From the human T2T-CHM13v2.0 reference genome, Homo sapiens: a stretch of DNA of 64,000 nucleotides. Under the pieces are notes generated by a model that searched no databases, had not been told where the DNA came from, and worked only from the letters and a program-made list of their open reading frames with translations. This document shows, piece after piece, positions 32,721 to 47,535 of this stretch. The number at the start of each line of letters is the position of its first letter. The stretch's first letter is position 1. The position numbers and the translations under genes are program-made. The stretch lies in assembly GCF_009914755.1 (NCBI RefSeq), contig NC_060927.1; one strand, written 5' to 3'.

Positions 32721-34948
32721 ATAATGAATGAACAAAGGGAGAAATCTATCATTTCCAGCCAAAAACATCATTATTGTGAATTTTACGAAGTTAAAAGAAG
32801 CAAACATGAGACATCATTTTTCATTACCTCTCTGCCTACTCTTAAAAGTGTGGGGTTGTATTAGTCTGTTCTCACACTGCTATGAAGAAATACCTGAGGT
32901 TGAATGTGGCCGTGCATGGTCAGCATGCTGCGGTGCAGAGTGGGCCGGGAAAAGCGACACTGACGCTCTGGAACTTCTGCCCAGCGCGCTTTGTAAAATG
33001 AATGAAAATAAACCTGGTGACTCACAGAACCTTGAACAAGGTCCATTTTAACCCCTCTTGGACCAGTAATCTGGACCAGGAACATGGGCCACCCCAAGAC
33101 CACTGCCCAGCTGGGCAGTGGGGAATAGTAGATGGCTTGTGTTTTCTGTCGAAAAAAGGATGAGTGTCCTAATAAATATGGAGAAAAGAAAACTAAGGAG
33201 AAATGGAATCTCACTGTACATTATTATTCTTTGTTGATGTCAAGTGGAATTTGGCAGAGAGGTAAAGAAGGAGTTTATGGTTTTCTATTAGAAGATACCA
33301 GGAAGGAAGTGAATAGAGTTTCTAAACTGAAATGCTGTCTTTGCAAGAAAAATGGTGCTTCAGTTGGATGTGTTGCACCCTAATGTAAACGAAGTTATTT
33401 CCCATGTGGACTTCAGAGAGAATGTATTTTCCAGTTTACTGGCAATTTCACATCATTTTGTTGGAACCATCGACCTGTTCAAATAATTACATCTAATAAT
33501 TATAGAGACTCCTTACCATGCACCATTTGCTCGGAATTTATTGAGCCTATTCTAAGTTATAACATATTACAAAGTGCTTGTTGTAAGAACGCTTGGTTTC
33601 ATAGAGACTGTTTACAGGTTCAAGCAATAAATGCAGGAGTGTTTTTCTTTAGGTGTACAATATGCAATAATAGTGACATCTTTCAGAAAGAGATGTTGAG
33701 AATGGGAATTCATATTCCTGAAAAAGATGCATCCTGAGAATTAGAGGAAAATGCTTATCAAGAGCTTCTGCAGCACTATGAGCATTGTGATGTTCAAAGA
33801 TGTCATTGCAAAGAAGGGTGAGACTATAATGCACCTGATAGCAAATGGGAAATAAAGCGCTGTCAGTGTTGTGGTTCCAGTGACACACACTTAGCCTGCT
33901 CTTCACTACGGTCATGGGAACAAAATTGGGAGTTTTTGGAATGTAGGGGTATTATCTACAGTTCAGGAGTGTTCCAAAAAGCCAAAAACATGTATTATCC
34001 AACTCTAATAATGTGGGGATTACAGATTGTTGGAAGAGTCATCACCTAAATTACCCAGACAGTCACCTGTATTCCAGAGTAAAGATCTACTGAGGAAAGG
34101 CAGCAAATTTAGAAGGAATGTATCAACACTATTAATGAGTTAGGATTCCAAATTTAAAAAAAAACTACAAGATTATGTATCAACAAAGCCAATATCTGGA
34201 ATCGTGCCTTAGATGGATTCAGAAATCAAAACTTTAATCCTTCATATGCAATTGAAGTAGCATACGTTATTGAAAATGATAATTTTGGAAGTGGACATCC
34301 TGGATCAAAGCAAGAATTTCTGAGTGTCTTAATGCAACATCTTGAGAACTCATCATTGTTTGAAGGGTCCTTGTCAAAGAACTTATCTCTAAATTCTCAA
34401 GCTCTGAAAGGGAATCTTTACTATGAAGCTGGCAAAATGCTTGCCATTTATTTAGTTCATGGTGGTCCTTCACCTGGTTTCTTTTCTAAAACCTTGTTTA
34501 ACTGCCTTGTTTATGGACCAAAAAATACCCAGCCAATTTTAGATGATGTTTCAGACTTTGATGTGGCACAGATTATAATCAGGATAAATACTGCAACAAC
34601 AAAACAATCAGGATAAATTACTGACTTAAAGTCAGTAATAAATGAATGCTATAACTACCCTGAGTTAATTGGATATCTCAGATTTATAACGACATTAAGT
34701 GATAAATATATGGTGGTAAAAGACATACTTGTCTACCATGTAATTCAGAGTCTAAGCACCCTTTGAAAGTTTTAAGTAGGGTCTGAAAACCTGGTGTTTT
34801 GGAGAAAATTCAGGCTTAACCAGAAGCATTTTGTAGCATCCTGTGTCATAAACCTGAGAGTCTTTCTGCAAAAATCCTTAGTGATCTTTTTACAGTACAC
34901 GCATTACCTGATGTAAAAGCTTTGGGGTTTTGGAACAGTTACTCATAG

Positions 34949-35287
<339 letters not shown>

Positions 35288-36140
35288 AATATTCTTATTT
35301 TTGCGACTGGTTGCAGTTCCATTCCTCCAGCTGGATTTAAACCCACTCCTTCAATTGAGTGTTTGCATGTGGATTTTCCTATTGGAAACAAGTGTGATAA
35401 CTGTTTAGCAATTCCAATCACCAATACATATAAAGAGTTTCAAGAAAATATGGACTTTACCATAAGAAACACTCTAAGACTAGAAAAGGAAGAAAGTTCT
35501 CATTACATTGGACATTAAAATGTTTCCTTGAACAAAGAGAAGCTTCTTTAAAAGCTGCTATTGATAACTGTCTTTTGTTTCCCTAACCTTTTCATCATTA
35601 CTTTGAACAAACTAGTTAGCTTCTTGGCCTAATAAAATTTATGATATGAACATAAAGGAATTTTACGGCCATTTAGGGTAAGAAAAATTTTTTTTTGTTA
35701 AAGCATACTAGTCAAAATAGGTGATAGTTTCTCATTTTCTTGATATACATACTTCATAAACCACAATATAAATACTCTCAAAATGGTTGTATGGATTTTA
35801 TTTAGGTATGGTAGCATGGTATATAAAAGTAAAACCTGTTTTACCCACAATTTTTGTAAATTAGGATTACATATGGAATGCTACAATTTTTCTAGGTTTA
35901 TTCAATTTTCAAATTATTCCTCATTTTATTTTAAAGCATTAAATAGAAAAGCTAATTGGTTAAATTTTGTAATGTAAATCAGAGGCATATATTCTGGGGT
36001 TTGTGTTACTATGCATGCTTTTCTAGGATGGCACCAAATTAGTTGTTTAAAATGTTTTTAGATTACTGATTTATATTAAGATGACCCACACTGCAGTTAG
36101 ATTATGCCTAGTGGGAAGTATTATATGAAAAGCAGAATTA

Positions 36141-36256
36141 AGCTGGGCACAGTGGTATGTGCCTGTAATCCCAGTTATAAGGGAGGCTGAGGTGGGAGAA
36201 TCGAGATGTTCAGCCAGCCTGGGCAATATAGCAAGACCTCATCTCAGAAAAAAAAA
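36141..36256 (+). mobile_element. Alu monomer (FLAM-like, internally deleted)
   Basis: Short monomer flanked by aaaagcagaatt repeats. Confidence 0.8.
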
Positions 36257-37061
36257 GCAGAATTGCACAAATTTTCTGGAATCTATGGACATTCCATGGG
36301 CTTAAACACTTTTGAGGTGGATAACATTTAGTTGAAAATACCTAAGAAAGTGTGTCTTCTTTAAAGCCTTGGCTTCAGTCATGGGAAATTTTTGTTGTTG
36401 TTGTTGTTGTTGTTGTTTTTTCTGTATCCTATATTTGGTATTTTGTATGTCTGATCCATAATCATTTTAGGTATTTAAGTGATCTCTGTGGATTCGTAGG
36501 TTTGGCCATTTGACCATTATTTATTATCAAGATGGTTGTATGCTAAGGTAAGTTAGCACCATAGCATTACATAGCTATCTTCATTGCTCTTGAATGATAT
36601 TTGTTATATAAACAATGTATAAAGTAAAAAGGATAGAATGAAAAACCTATTCCAATGTCTCCACTCAGAGATAAGTACTGTGTTTCTATGTATCCTTCTA
36701 TAAACTCTTTACTTCTGTTTCCTTTATTTTTTAACTTTAATAATGCTACTAAAAGACAATACCTAAAAGTAACTGTATTAACTATGCACTAACAATGTGA
36801 AAATATATAGTCCCATAGTCATGTCCCCATATTTATACTCCCATAAAAGAAAAAATTGGAAAACAAAGTCTGATGTCCTTAATCCATTATCAGATTTAAA
36901 TGATGTAATGGTTCAGTTTTCCAGGAAAGTAAATCATTATGATAGGTAAATCATTATGGGAAGTAAAATGTTTTAACCATATTTTTCTTAATATACAAAG
37001 CAGGTGTCAGCTGTTGTCATATTCTCACTCTTCTTAAGAAATATCATTAAATTACTGATAA

Positions 37062-37365
<304 letters not shown>

Positions 37366-38111
37366 TTAAGAAAAGTAACAGAATAGATTTGATAGAGATA
37401 CTGTTTCTCTTAATACCAAAGGAAAACTAAAATAATAATCCCAGTGTACTTTTCTTTGTTCCCTCATGTTTTTTTCAATCTATACACTAACATACCTAGC
37501 AGCAAATTAAAGTTTTACTTCAACTCGAAATATTTAAGAGGCATTAAACAAGGCATTTCTTTGTCTTTGGTTGAATTCTTTTGGATTACCAATAGTAATT
37601 GAAGGATCAATTATCAAAGAGTTTGAATAGCTAATGTAAACCGCAAACTCACCATACAGTTTTTATTCCAAATGTGTTGATAAAAAGATACTTTGTTTCT
37701 TTATCCACTTTGTTTTTATAACACTTAAAAACCAATACAAATCAAAAAACCTAGTTAAAGCTATTTTCTGGTTTGTAGTTTTAATTAATTTCCCCTAGGG
37801 TAGAAATTAAAGCTGATAAGTCACACACACACACTTTGTTGGGGTGGGGGTGGCAGGTGGAGAGCACTGTACTTGGGTTAGCTACAATTAAAAACAGTAT
37901 TTCAATTCCTCATTTTACTTATTTTATATGTAGACAGGGCCTTAGTGATAAGATGGTATAAATAATTTAGGATATTCGTGTTTTAAAGTGAAGCATAAAT
38001 ATTTTGCAAAATGTTTTCTAGTTTGAAGGATGTTCCATTATTAGGATTTTCAGATTAATCTGTATGGTCAAGGAATACCAGTGAAACCTGTAGGTTATTT
38101 ATTTTCTGTAG

Positions 38112-38464
<353 letters not shown>

Positions 38465-41400
38465 CCCTCTTTTCTTATTCATTTTATCACCAGTGCATAA
38501 TTCTTACTGACATTAGATTTTAAAAAAGAATTATGCTGTAAATCTTTATAAATTGTATATATATTTCTTAAATATTGCAATTGTCTAAACGTTGTATATT
38601 TTAAGGCTGTTTTCTCTTGCTCTCAATGTTGAGGAAAACTATAAATTGACCTATAATGCATCTACTGCTAATGGTTTTGGTTAGTTTGATATTCATTGTT
38701 TTTAAACAGTTTCCAATATGGAAATTTTAACACCTTTTATACAGTTCTCTACTATTCAAGATAAAGATTCTTTAAAATATCTCACCAGAAACTTATAATT
38801 TTATACTTTGTAATATTTAGTTTCTATAATTTGAGGAAGGGACTTTTTCGTTTGGATTAAGTAAAAAGCCTTTATTTGATTGCCAGCATGAGAATTCACC
38901 TTGGTTTCTATTTTATGCATTTGTAAATTTTTTCCCTAATTACATGGAAGCTATTGGAACTTTTGTATTCAATGCTAAATACTAAGTCAAAGGGAGTATA
39001 ATAGGTAAGTTTTTTCAGTTACTGTGTCTTTAGCATTCAGTCATTATAAGAAAATGATCATAAGAAAATCATTATATTATAAACATGTAATTATTTCATA
39101 TGATTATCATGTACTGCAATGTTACTTTTAAAATAAGCTATTAAACTAGTTTTTATGGTTCAACTAATGCAAAAAAAAATAAAGAAATATCTGAGACTGG
39201 CTAATTTATAAAGAAAAGAGGTTTAATTGACTCACAGTCCCACATGGCTGGGGAGGCCTCAGGAAACTTACAACCATGGCAGAATGCACCTCTTCATAGG
39301 GTGGTAGGAGAGAGAACGAGAGCTGAGTGAAGGGGGAAACCCCTTACAAAACCATCAGATCTTGTGAGAACTCACTCACTATCATGAGAACAGCATGAGG
39401 GGAACCTGCTGTTTGGATGGGGACACAGAGTCAAATCATATCAGGGGTTTTCTTCAATCTTCTTACACACATCTTGAAATGACAACTATTGTTAAAGTGA
39501 TGGAAATTTCATTTGGTAGAACAACAGGCAGATATGTGATCTTATTAAAACTGTTACTATGATTGAGGATTTCTTTCTAAGGGAATACAACATTCTCAGC
39601 ATTCTCCCCCAACAAAACAAAAGAAACAGATTTCAAAACAAGGTCAAATGTAATAGAGCACTTAAAAAATAAAAACCATTAAAATTGTAAAGACAGATTC
39701 TACAGGAGAGCCAGATTAAGTTATTACCAATTTAATCTGAAAGTAGATATTGTAGAAAGAAAGAAACAAGGAAAGGGTTTGTTTTACAAAGATTTGTTAT
39801 CTTATTAATAACAAAATAGAATAATGTCAAACAGAAAAAAATATTGAATGTAGGTGGCAGATATCTTTCCAACTCTCTTTAGTCTCTTGCTACATCTTAA
39901 CTTCCTTATTATAAAAGTAAATTGCGTCTCCTCTGGGCCCAGTTTCAATGACCTCAATGAAGCTGACATGCAACATCTACAAAATTACACAGGTACATGG
40001 ATGCCCTTTAGTAACTGGTTGACTTCAAGCAGGTCTGGCCATGAAGTCAGACTATGAAGCAAGTTTCCCAGGATGGAAAAACATGCATTCTCCCTCCCAC
40101 AAGCCAAAAGAAAATAATGAATGGCCCCTTCTGAAAGGACACAAATCCTGGGTACAGTGGGCTAGAAATTTTTCCAAGTTACTTGAAGTCACTTAGTTTA
40201 TCTCCTTTCTCCTTCCTACACAGATAATCTTCCTGGCCTCTTGAGAGCACCATTCAGTCCAGGGTATTCTTAATGCACAAAATTACCACTTTTGGTCTTC
40301 TGAAAGACTGACAGGGACAGACTGAGATGAGAAAAAAATGTATTTCCTGCTTAGGATGAAGTTCAAGACATTAAACATATATACACATAAAACAATTAGA
40401 GAAACCATACATAATGGTACAATCTAACGTTGAATGTTGTGGCACAGGCTTTAAGCATTATAGGATTTCTTCTTCCTGATGGTACAATTCAATTCAACAT
40501 GCAATTTTTTTGAATAATGTTTACCACTTGTATACATGAGTGTAACCATGACCACAAGATGAATTTTTTTTTTAAAAAAAGACCCAAACGCAGAACATTT
40601 TCAAGAAATTTCAGAACACTTTGGGCATGGAGAGCATTGTGAAAGATTCTAGAGGGGGACCACTATGTCCTACAAAGAAAAAAGAATGTAATTTCTTATT
40701 AGAATACCTAGATGCTATAACTTCAACTTTCTGAGAAAAATAATTATGGACCTAACATTCCACACTCAGTAAAAATATCAATCAAGTGAGAAAGTGAGAG
40801 GGAAAAATTGAGGTCACTTTCCAGCATGTAAAAATTCATCAAGTTGATTTATCATGCACCCTTTCAAGAAAATTACTTGAAGATGTTCTCCAGCCAGAAC
40901 AAGAATTAAGTCCAAGAAACGTAAAAACTTGAGATCCCAGAACACTGACTCCAACCCAGGACTTGGGTGGAAAAAAACTCAGGATGACAGCTTGGCATCC
41001 AGCCCAGAGAGCAGCTGGTTCAGATTGTAATAAGAAGTCAGATGGTTCTGGGAAATCCGTCTTCAACAATTATATTACATCACTTATCAAAGATGGAATA
41101 TGTTTAAGGCAGATACATCATCTTAGTGTTTGATGAAGGCATACAATAAAAAATAAAATAAGACACTTTGAAATCATAGGATAGTAAACAATGTTAACAC
41201 AATCACAATAGAAATACTGTGCATTGATATTTTTGATTTTAGATTCAACCAATGAATAAAGCATGCAAGGATTAATTATGATTACAGAAGAGATGACCAA
41301 AGCTAACAAAAGTTGTTAGGATGGGAGAACAGTGCATACAGAAGAGTAGGGAAAGAAGTAGAGGGAAGGATAGGAGTCCTAATTTACTCATCTTACTAAT

Positions 41401-41489
41401 AACAGCTAACATTGGGTACTTAACATTGTGCTCATTCAGAGATAAGCATGAATTAATTCAGCTAATCTCCCAAAATGAGAAAACTGAGG

Positions 41490-41626
41490 TGTATTAGTCA
41501 GGGTTCTCTTAGACGAACAGAACTAACAGGATATATATAAAGGGGAGTTTATTAAGTATTAGTTTACATGATTACAAGGTCCAACAATAGGCTGTCTGCA
41601 ATCTGAGGAGCAAGGAGAGACAGTCT
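41490..41626. mobile_element. MLT2-like ERVL LTR fragment
   Basis: tgtattagtcagggttctct...aaaggggagtttattaag. Confidence 0.65.
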
Positions 41627-41639
41627 CAAAAAAAAAAAA

Positions 41640-42455
41640 AACCACAAAAAACTCAGGTGAGCACTCACAGTACCTGGTTTTAACTTCATATCGCTGAAAG
41701 AGGCACTGAAGAGATAGAAAAATCAGGCCTGAGTCACTGAGGCCACCCCTCCCCCATCCTGGCAGTGGTAGGGAGTGGTGCAGAGAGCATCTCTGGGAAT
41801 TTGGAGTGGAAGAACACAGCCACTGGGTGCTGTCCTGTTAGAGCAGAAAGGAAAACCAGACTAAACTCAGCTGACCCCTGCCTATAGAGGGAGCATTTAA
41901 ACTAGCCCTAGCCAGAGAGGAATCATGGATCCCAGGGGTTTAAACTTGAGTTCCCATAAATTTTGCCACTGGGGGTTATAGTGCTGTCTGTCTCCAAGAA
42001 AACTTAAAAGGAAGTCTAGGCCATAAGGACTGCAACACTTAAGCAAGTCCTTGTGCTGAACTAGGCCCAGAGACAGTGGTCTGGGGGCATCACACCAACT
42101 GGGGCAGCCAATGGAGTGCTGGAATCACCTTTCCCCTAACCCCAAGCTGCACAGCTTGTGGCTCCCTTCCTTCCACTTGACTAGAGAAGAGGAAATAGTT
42201 GGGGAGACTTTATCTTGGGTCTTGGATACCAGCTCAACCACAGCAAGATAGGGCACTGGTTCTGGCCTTAGCTCCCAGATGACATTTCTAGATACACCTT
42301 GGGCCAAAAGGGAACCCACAATATTGAAGGAAAGGACCCAGTGCTGGCGGCATTCATCACCTGCTGACGGAAGAGCCCTTGGGCCCCAAATAACCAGCAG
42401 CAATACTCAGGTACTACATTGAGTGCCTTGGATGAACCTGTGAGAATTGCTGGCT
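41640..42455 (+). mobile_element. Old L1 (L1PB/L1MA-type) 5'-region fragment
   Basis: Motifs tcaggtgagcactcacagtacctggttttaacttcatatc and gcattcatcacctgctgac, as recalled for these 5' regions. Confidence 0.55.
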
Positions 42456-42725
42456 TAAAAAAGGAAGAGGCGGACATTAAGAAAGTCAAATGAATAGTTG
42501 TGAATTTCAAGCTGGGCAAGGAGAAAAGAGGTGGAAAGGATGTGGAGCTGACACCAAGGGGAAGATGGACAGAACAGGCAGATCAGAGGTTTTTATGAGA
42601 TTAAATGGAGTAAGAGCCAGAAGGACGAAAGGTTTGGTCAGTTACTGGAACTTTAGACTTCGATTTCTAAGATGGTTCAAACTCCCAATTACAAAGTGTA
42701 ATGCAATGAATGGGTAACTGAATTG

Positions 42726-43846
42726 TGACAGGTGACAACATGCTAATAGCCCTCGCTCCCTCTCAGCGCCTCCTTGGCCTGGGCGTCTGCTCTGGCCACG
42801 CTGGAGGAGCCCTTCAGCCCACCGCTGCGCTGCGGAGGCCCCTCTATGGGGCTGGCCGAGGCCAGAGCCGGCTCCCTCTGCTTGCAGGGAGGTGTGGAGG
42901 GAGAGGCGTGGGCAGGAGCCGGGGCTGTGCGAGGCGCTCGCGGACTGGCGCAGGTTCTGGGTGGGCGCCAGCTAGGCAGGCCCTGCACTGGGCGCAGCCG
43001 GCCAGCGCCTGCTGGGCTTCATCCAGGGATGAGCTCCCTCTGGGCTGCCAGAGTGCTCCCGCTAGATGCGGCAAAGTCCCGCTGCAAGTGCCAGTGAGAG
43101 GTGAAGCCGGCTGGGCTTCTGGCACGGGTGGGTACTTGGAGAACTTTTCCATCTAGCTAAAGGATTGTAAATGCACCAATCAGCACTCTGTGTCTAGCTA
43201 AAGGTTTGTAAACGCACCAATCAGCACTCTGTGTCTAGCTAAAGGTTTGTAAATGCACCAATCAGTGCTCTGTGTCTAGCTAACCTGGTGGGGACTTGGA
43301 GAACTTTTCTGTCTAGCTAAAGGATTGTAAATGCACCAATCAGCGCTCTGTGTCTAGCTAAAGGTTTGTTAACACACCAATCAGCACTCTGTCAAAACGG
43401 ACCAATCAGCACTCTGCAAAACGGACCAATCAGCTCTCTGTAAAATGGACCAATCCGTTCTCTGTAAAATGGACCAATCAGCAGGATGTGGGTGGGGCCA
43501 AATAGGGGAAGAAAAGCAGGCTACCCGGGCCAGCAGTGGAAACCCGCTTGGGTCTTCTACTATGTGGGAGGTTAGTTGTTTTGCTCTTTGCAATACGTCT
43601 TGCTGGTGCTCACTTCTTGGGTCCACACTACCGTTATGAGCTGTAACACTCACTGTGAAGGTCTGCAGCTTCACTCCTGAAGCCAGCGAGACCACAAACC
43701 CATCAGAAGGAAGAAACTCTGGACACATCTGAACATCTGAAGGAACAGACTCCGGACACCCTATCTTTAAGAACTGTAACACTCACAGGGTCCACAGCTT
43801 CATTCTTGAAGTCAGCGAGACCAAGAACCCACCAATTCTGGACACA
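42726..43846 (+). mobile_element. LTR12-family (ERV9) solo LTR
   Basis: TGACAGGTGACA...GGACACA termini, 4-bp TSD attg (42722-42725, 43847-43850), GC-rich U3, and 41-bp and 24-bp repeat arrays with nine CCAAT boxes (43176-43478). Confidence 0.95.
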
Positions 43847-45199
43847 ATTGGAGTGAAAATAAAGTGATTGGAGGTGAATTCAAGCAATAATAACATCTTG
43901 GATGGAACAACTATTAGACCATTAAAAGTCTACAGGGTAATGGTAGCAACTGAGGAGCTTAAAGAACTAAGACCCAACAGCTGACATCATCAGAGAGGTC
44001 AGCAGATGACACAGTGAAGGCATTTCTAGCAAGGAAGACTTGTTTGGAGCAGAGTAGAAGTAAGGATCCTGAGCTTTGCAAGGTCATGACATCCAGGATT
44101 CAGAGCTGGAATTAAACTTCAAAATTTCAAATTTCTGGTAGTTAACAGATCTACTTACAACATCTATTTCATAAGGGTCTGTGACAATCCAGTTAGATGA
44201 CATATATAAATAACCTAGTGCAGTGGTAGTTAGTATTATAATTAGTATAATTCACCTTGTTATGAACTCCTGTGAGTAGAGAGGAAACACATGTCGCTAA
44301 TCACATCCCACATTTTCATTTGGGAGATAGGCTGTTGGAAAACAGACTAAGGGACCCACTGGATCACGCCACCATTCTGTGATTGGTCTGGATTCTAAAA
44401 CCGGTTCCTTATTCCCAACACTGAATTTAATTCATTCTGAACAAGACAAGTTGCATTTGTTTTAAAAACTCCCTGAATGCATTTAGGTAAAGAGAAATAA
44501 ATCTGCCTTGAGCTTCACATTGGCAAGAGAACATACCATTTTAAGAAATGAAACAAATAAAAGTGAATCTTTAAGTTTTAGGAAATATAGTATACTGCTA
44601 TAAGATCGGAATATATAACTCAAAATTGTTTTATTGGTTAGTTTTACCACCTTAATACAAAATGTACTACTAGAAGCTTAAAAAGAGCATGTCTTTTGAA
44701 TTTTAATGAATTTTAGTGAAATTTAATTACAGATTAAAGTTAGATAAATGGGTTGGTGGAATACAGGTCTAAATATTCATTATGTGTCCATTAATTAAAC
44801 TGCTTATTATTAAATTAACTTGTTAATTTAATTTTTTGACGAATTACAATTAAAATTTTTTCATTTTGTGAAAGACCTAGTTCATGGTCCCAGCTGTATA
44901 TGATACAAGTGAATACTAATTCATAGCTGAACAACTATCATTTACTCTTTAAAGCATAAGTGTATATTATTCAATGATGTATCTATGGAAGACTTTTATC
45001 TTAGACTCACTCAATAGCTATATTTTTGATGGAATAAGGCAGAGACCTGAGCAAAATTTGGTAACTGTGATTGAGGGAGTGGAGAATTTGGGCTCCTTTT
45101 CTTCATGAGCATTTTTTCTTCAACCTCTTGCTTTTCTTCAATGGCTTTTTGAAGGGAAAAGTCATTATTACTAGGAAAATCTCTTTTATATTACTCTTT

Positions 45200-45450
45200 A
45201 ATTTTATTTTGAGTAAATTTGTGTGTGTGTATGAGTGTACATTCTCTAAATTTTAACACGTGTAGATTCCTGTTATCTACCACCATAATCAGGATGTAAA
45301 ACAGTTCCATCACCCCCCAAAATATCCCTTGTGCTATTTCTTTTTGGTCACCACCTCCCCCTGCCCATAACTCCTGACAACCACTAATCTGTTCTCCATC
45401 TTTATAATTTTGTCTTTTCGAGGCAGTCATAAAAATAGAATCATGCAGTA
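45200..45450 (-). mobile_element. Old L1M 3'-end fragment
   Basis: acagttccatcacccc...accactaatctgttctccatctttataattttgtc. Confidence 0.7.
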
Positions 45451-47535
45451 GACTTTTCTAAGACCAAACCAAACAGAATCCCTAGGCTAGCAAATGGCTG
45501 ATGTCACAAAATCATGCAATTTATAAAGATGCCATTTTTGGAAGTTTTACCGCCTTTTCTTACTATACTGCTTGAGTGCACCAGATACTGTTTTTCAATC
45601 TAGAAAGTACTAAGAACTCCAAAGACCCCCCACTCCACCCGCTTTCTCTCAACAGTCTTAATCACAGACAATTGTCAGTATCTGTAAGTACTACTTACAT
45701 GTTAGCTTTCATCCTATAGGGCTGAGTCTGGGATGTTTTAGTCACTAAAACAGTATTTCTCAGAGCAGGGCCTCTCAAATGTCTCGTTACCATGAGGGGG
45801 TAACTTCAGTGGTATCAGTATACAGAACCTTCCCACTGTTCCAACATTTGTAAATATCCTTGTTATAGATCTTTTGCATGGTATAATCATTGTGACACAA
45901 GAAGCTGGGGCCCATAGTCTTTCCCAAATGTTTCTGAGGTTGCTCAGAGGGTTCAACCACTAGTTTGTGGGTATAGTCTGCCATCTACAGTCCACAGGTG
46001 GTCTTTGCATGCTTGCTTTCATGGCAGTTTAAAAATGTGATTTAAATGCAAATAATATGTTTTGGTGTCTTCTGTGAAAGAATGGAATAGTGCATCTGGA
46101 TTTCTTATCAACAATCTGATGATCTGACTCCCTCCTTCAAAACATTATACCTAGCTAAAACTCTGTCCAAATTCCCTTAATATTGGGCCAGAATTTGGGT
46201 ATCACTGATCTGAAGAAAAAAATATTGGGGAGTGAGTTATATCAGTCTAATTCTGGGGTAGCTTACATGGTTTGAGGTTCGTATGTTTAGTTTACACACT
46301 TCGAGTTTCAATTAAGGTTCCCAGCTGTTGGGGGAAAAAAACACTTTTCCTCATGCAGATTTAAATTCTGTGGTCAGAAATGCAGAAGGAAAGGTAGAAC
46401 AAAAAGTAGTTCAAGTCTTTGCAATTTTATTTCTCTTTTCCTGAAACCTTCTGCCACCCATTTCTTCACCAGATTCTTTTATTATCAAGATTCAGGCCTC
46501 AACTCAAATGTCACCTTCTAGAGAGGCTTTCTCTGACCAAGTGAGTAAAGCGGCTACTCTGTCCTTCTCATCCCCATTACTTTCTAGCCCATTACCCTGA
46601 TTTTATTTCTTCATATCACTTAGCACTAACTTAAACTGTCTGATTCAGTCATATTTCTATATATTTATTGTCTTTATCTCTTCCCCCTCACCCACTAGAG
46701 CAAGGGCCTTTTCTTGTTCACTACTACATCCCCAATACTTAGAACAGAGCCTGACCCATAATAAATGCTTTAAAAACATTGGTTGAAAAAAAATAAATAG
46801 ATACAATAATTTGGTGACACTAGCCATCTAGTGATTTGGTTTGGTCTGGTTAGAAAAGTCTACAACATCATGAATGCTCACCTCAAGCAACTCCGAACTA
46901 TGGGGAACTCCTGAAACCATAGCAGTGTACTGGGAAGAGTTTTCTGAGCAGCCCATCCTGGGAGTTTTGGAGAGCACTGTTTTAATTGCTGGAGGAAAAT
47001 AGCTTTTAAAAGCAAATTTGAGATTGTGATTTGATAAAAAAAAATGTTCATGTAAGATTAAAAAACTTGGACTCTGATCCCTAGATTTAAGGGGAGCTCT
47101 AACAATAATTATCCCCAGAGTTCCAGTTTCACGTAAGAAGGAGTAAGCATGCTTCACACCTTTTCTCACACTGAATATAATTACAAACCCTGGACAGAAG
47201 GCAAGAACAAGTATTTGAAGACTCTGAAAAGTAAATAACAGCAGCCAAATTTTGTAGTACCATTAATCTAAATCCATACATATCAATCATAACATGAATG
47301 TAAATGATCCAAACATACTAATTTAAAAATAGGAATTTTCCCTAAGCTCATCAAGCAGTATACATTTTATATATACAAGTTATATGTAAAAACTTCTTTT
47401 ATATGTCGGACCTCAAAAAAGTGAGATTTTTTTTTAAAAAAGAAATTGTCAAAATGGATTTTTAAAAACCGTGACTCAACTCTATGCTATTTACAAGAAA
47501 CACAATTCAAATATAATACACATTGATTAAAAGTA

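Noticed and set aside
42726-43140. CpG island of an unknown gene
   Set aside because: It is the GC-rich U3 of LTR12.
43141-43480. Regular repeats resembling a CRISPR array
   Set aside because: Tandem LTR12 U3 repeats with no unique spacers, in a primate genome with no cas genes.
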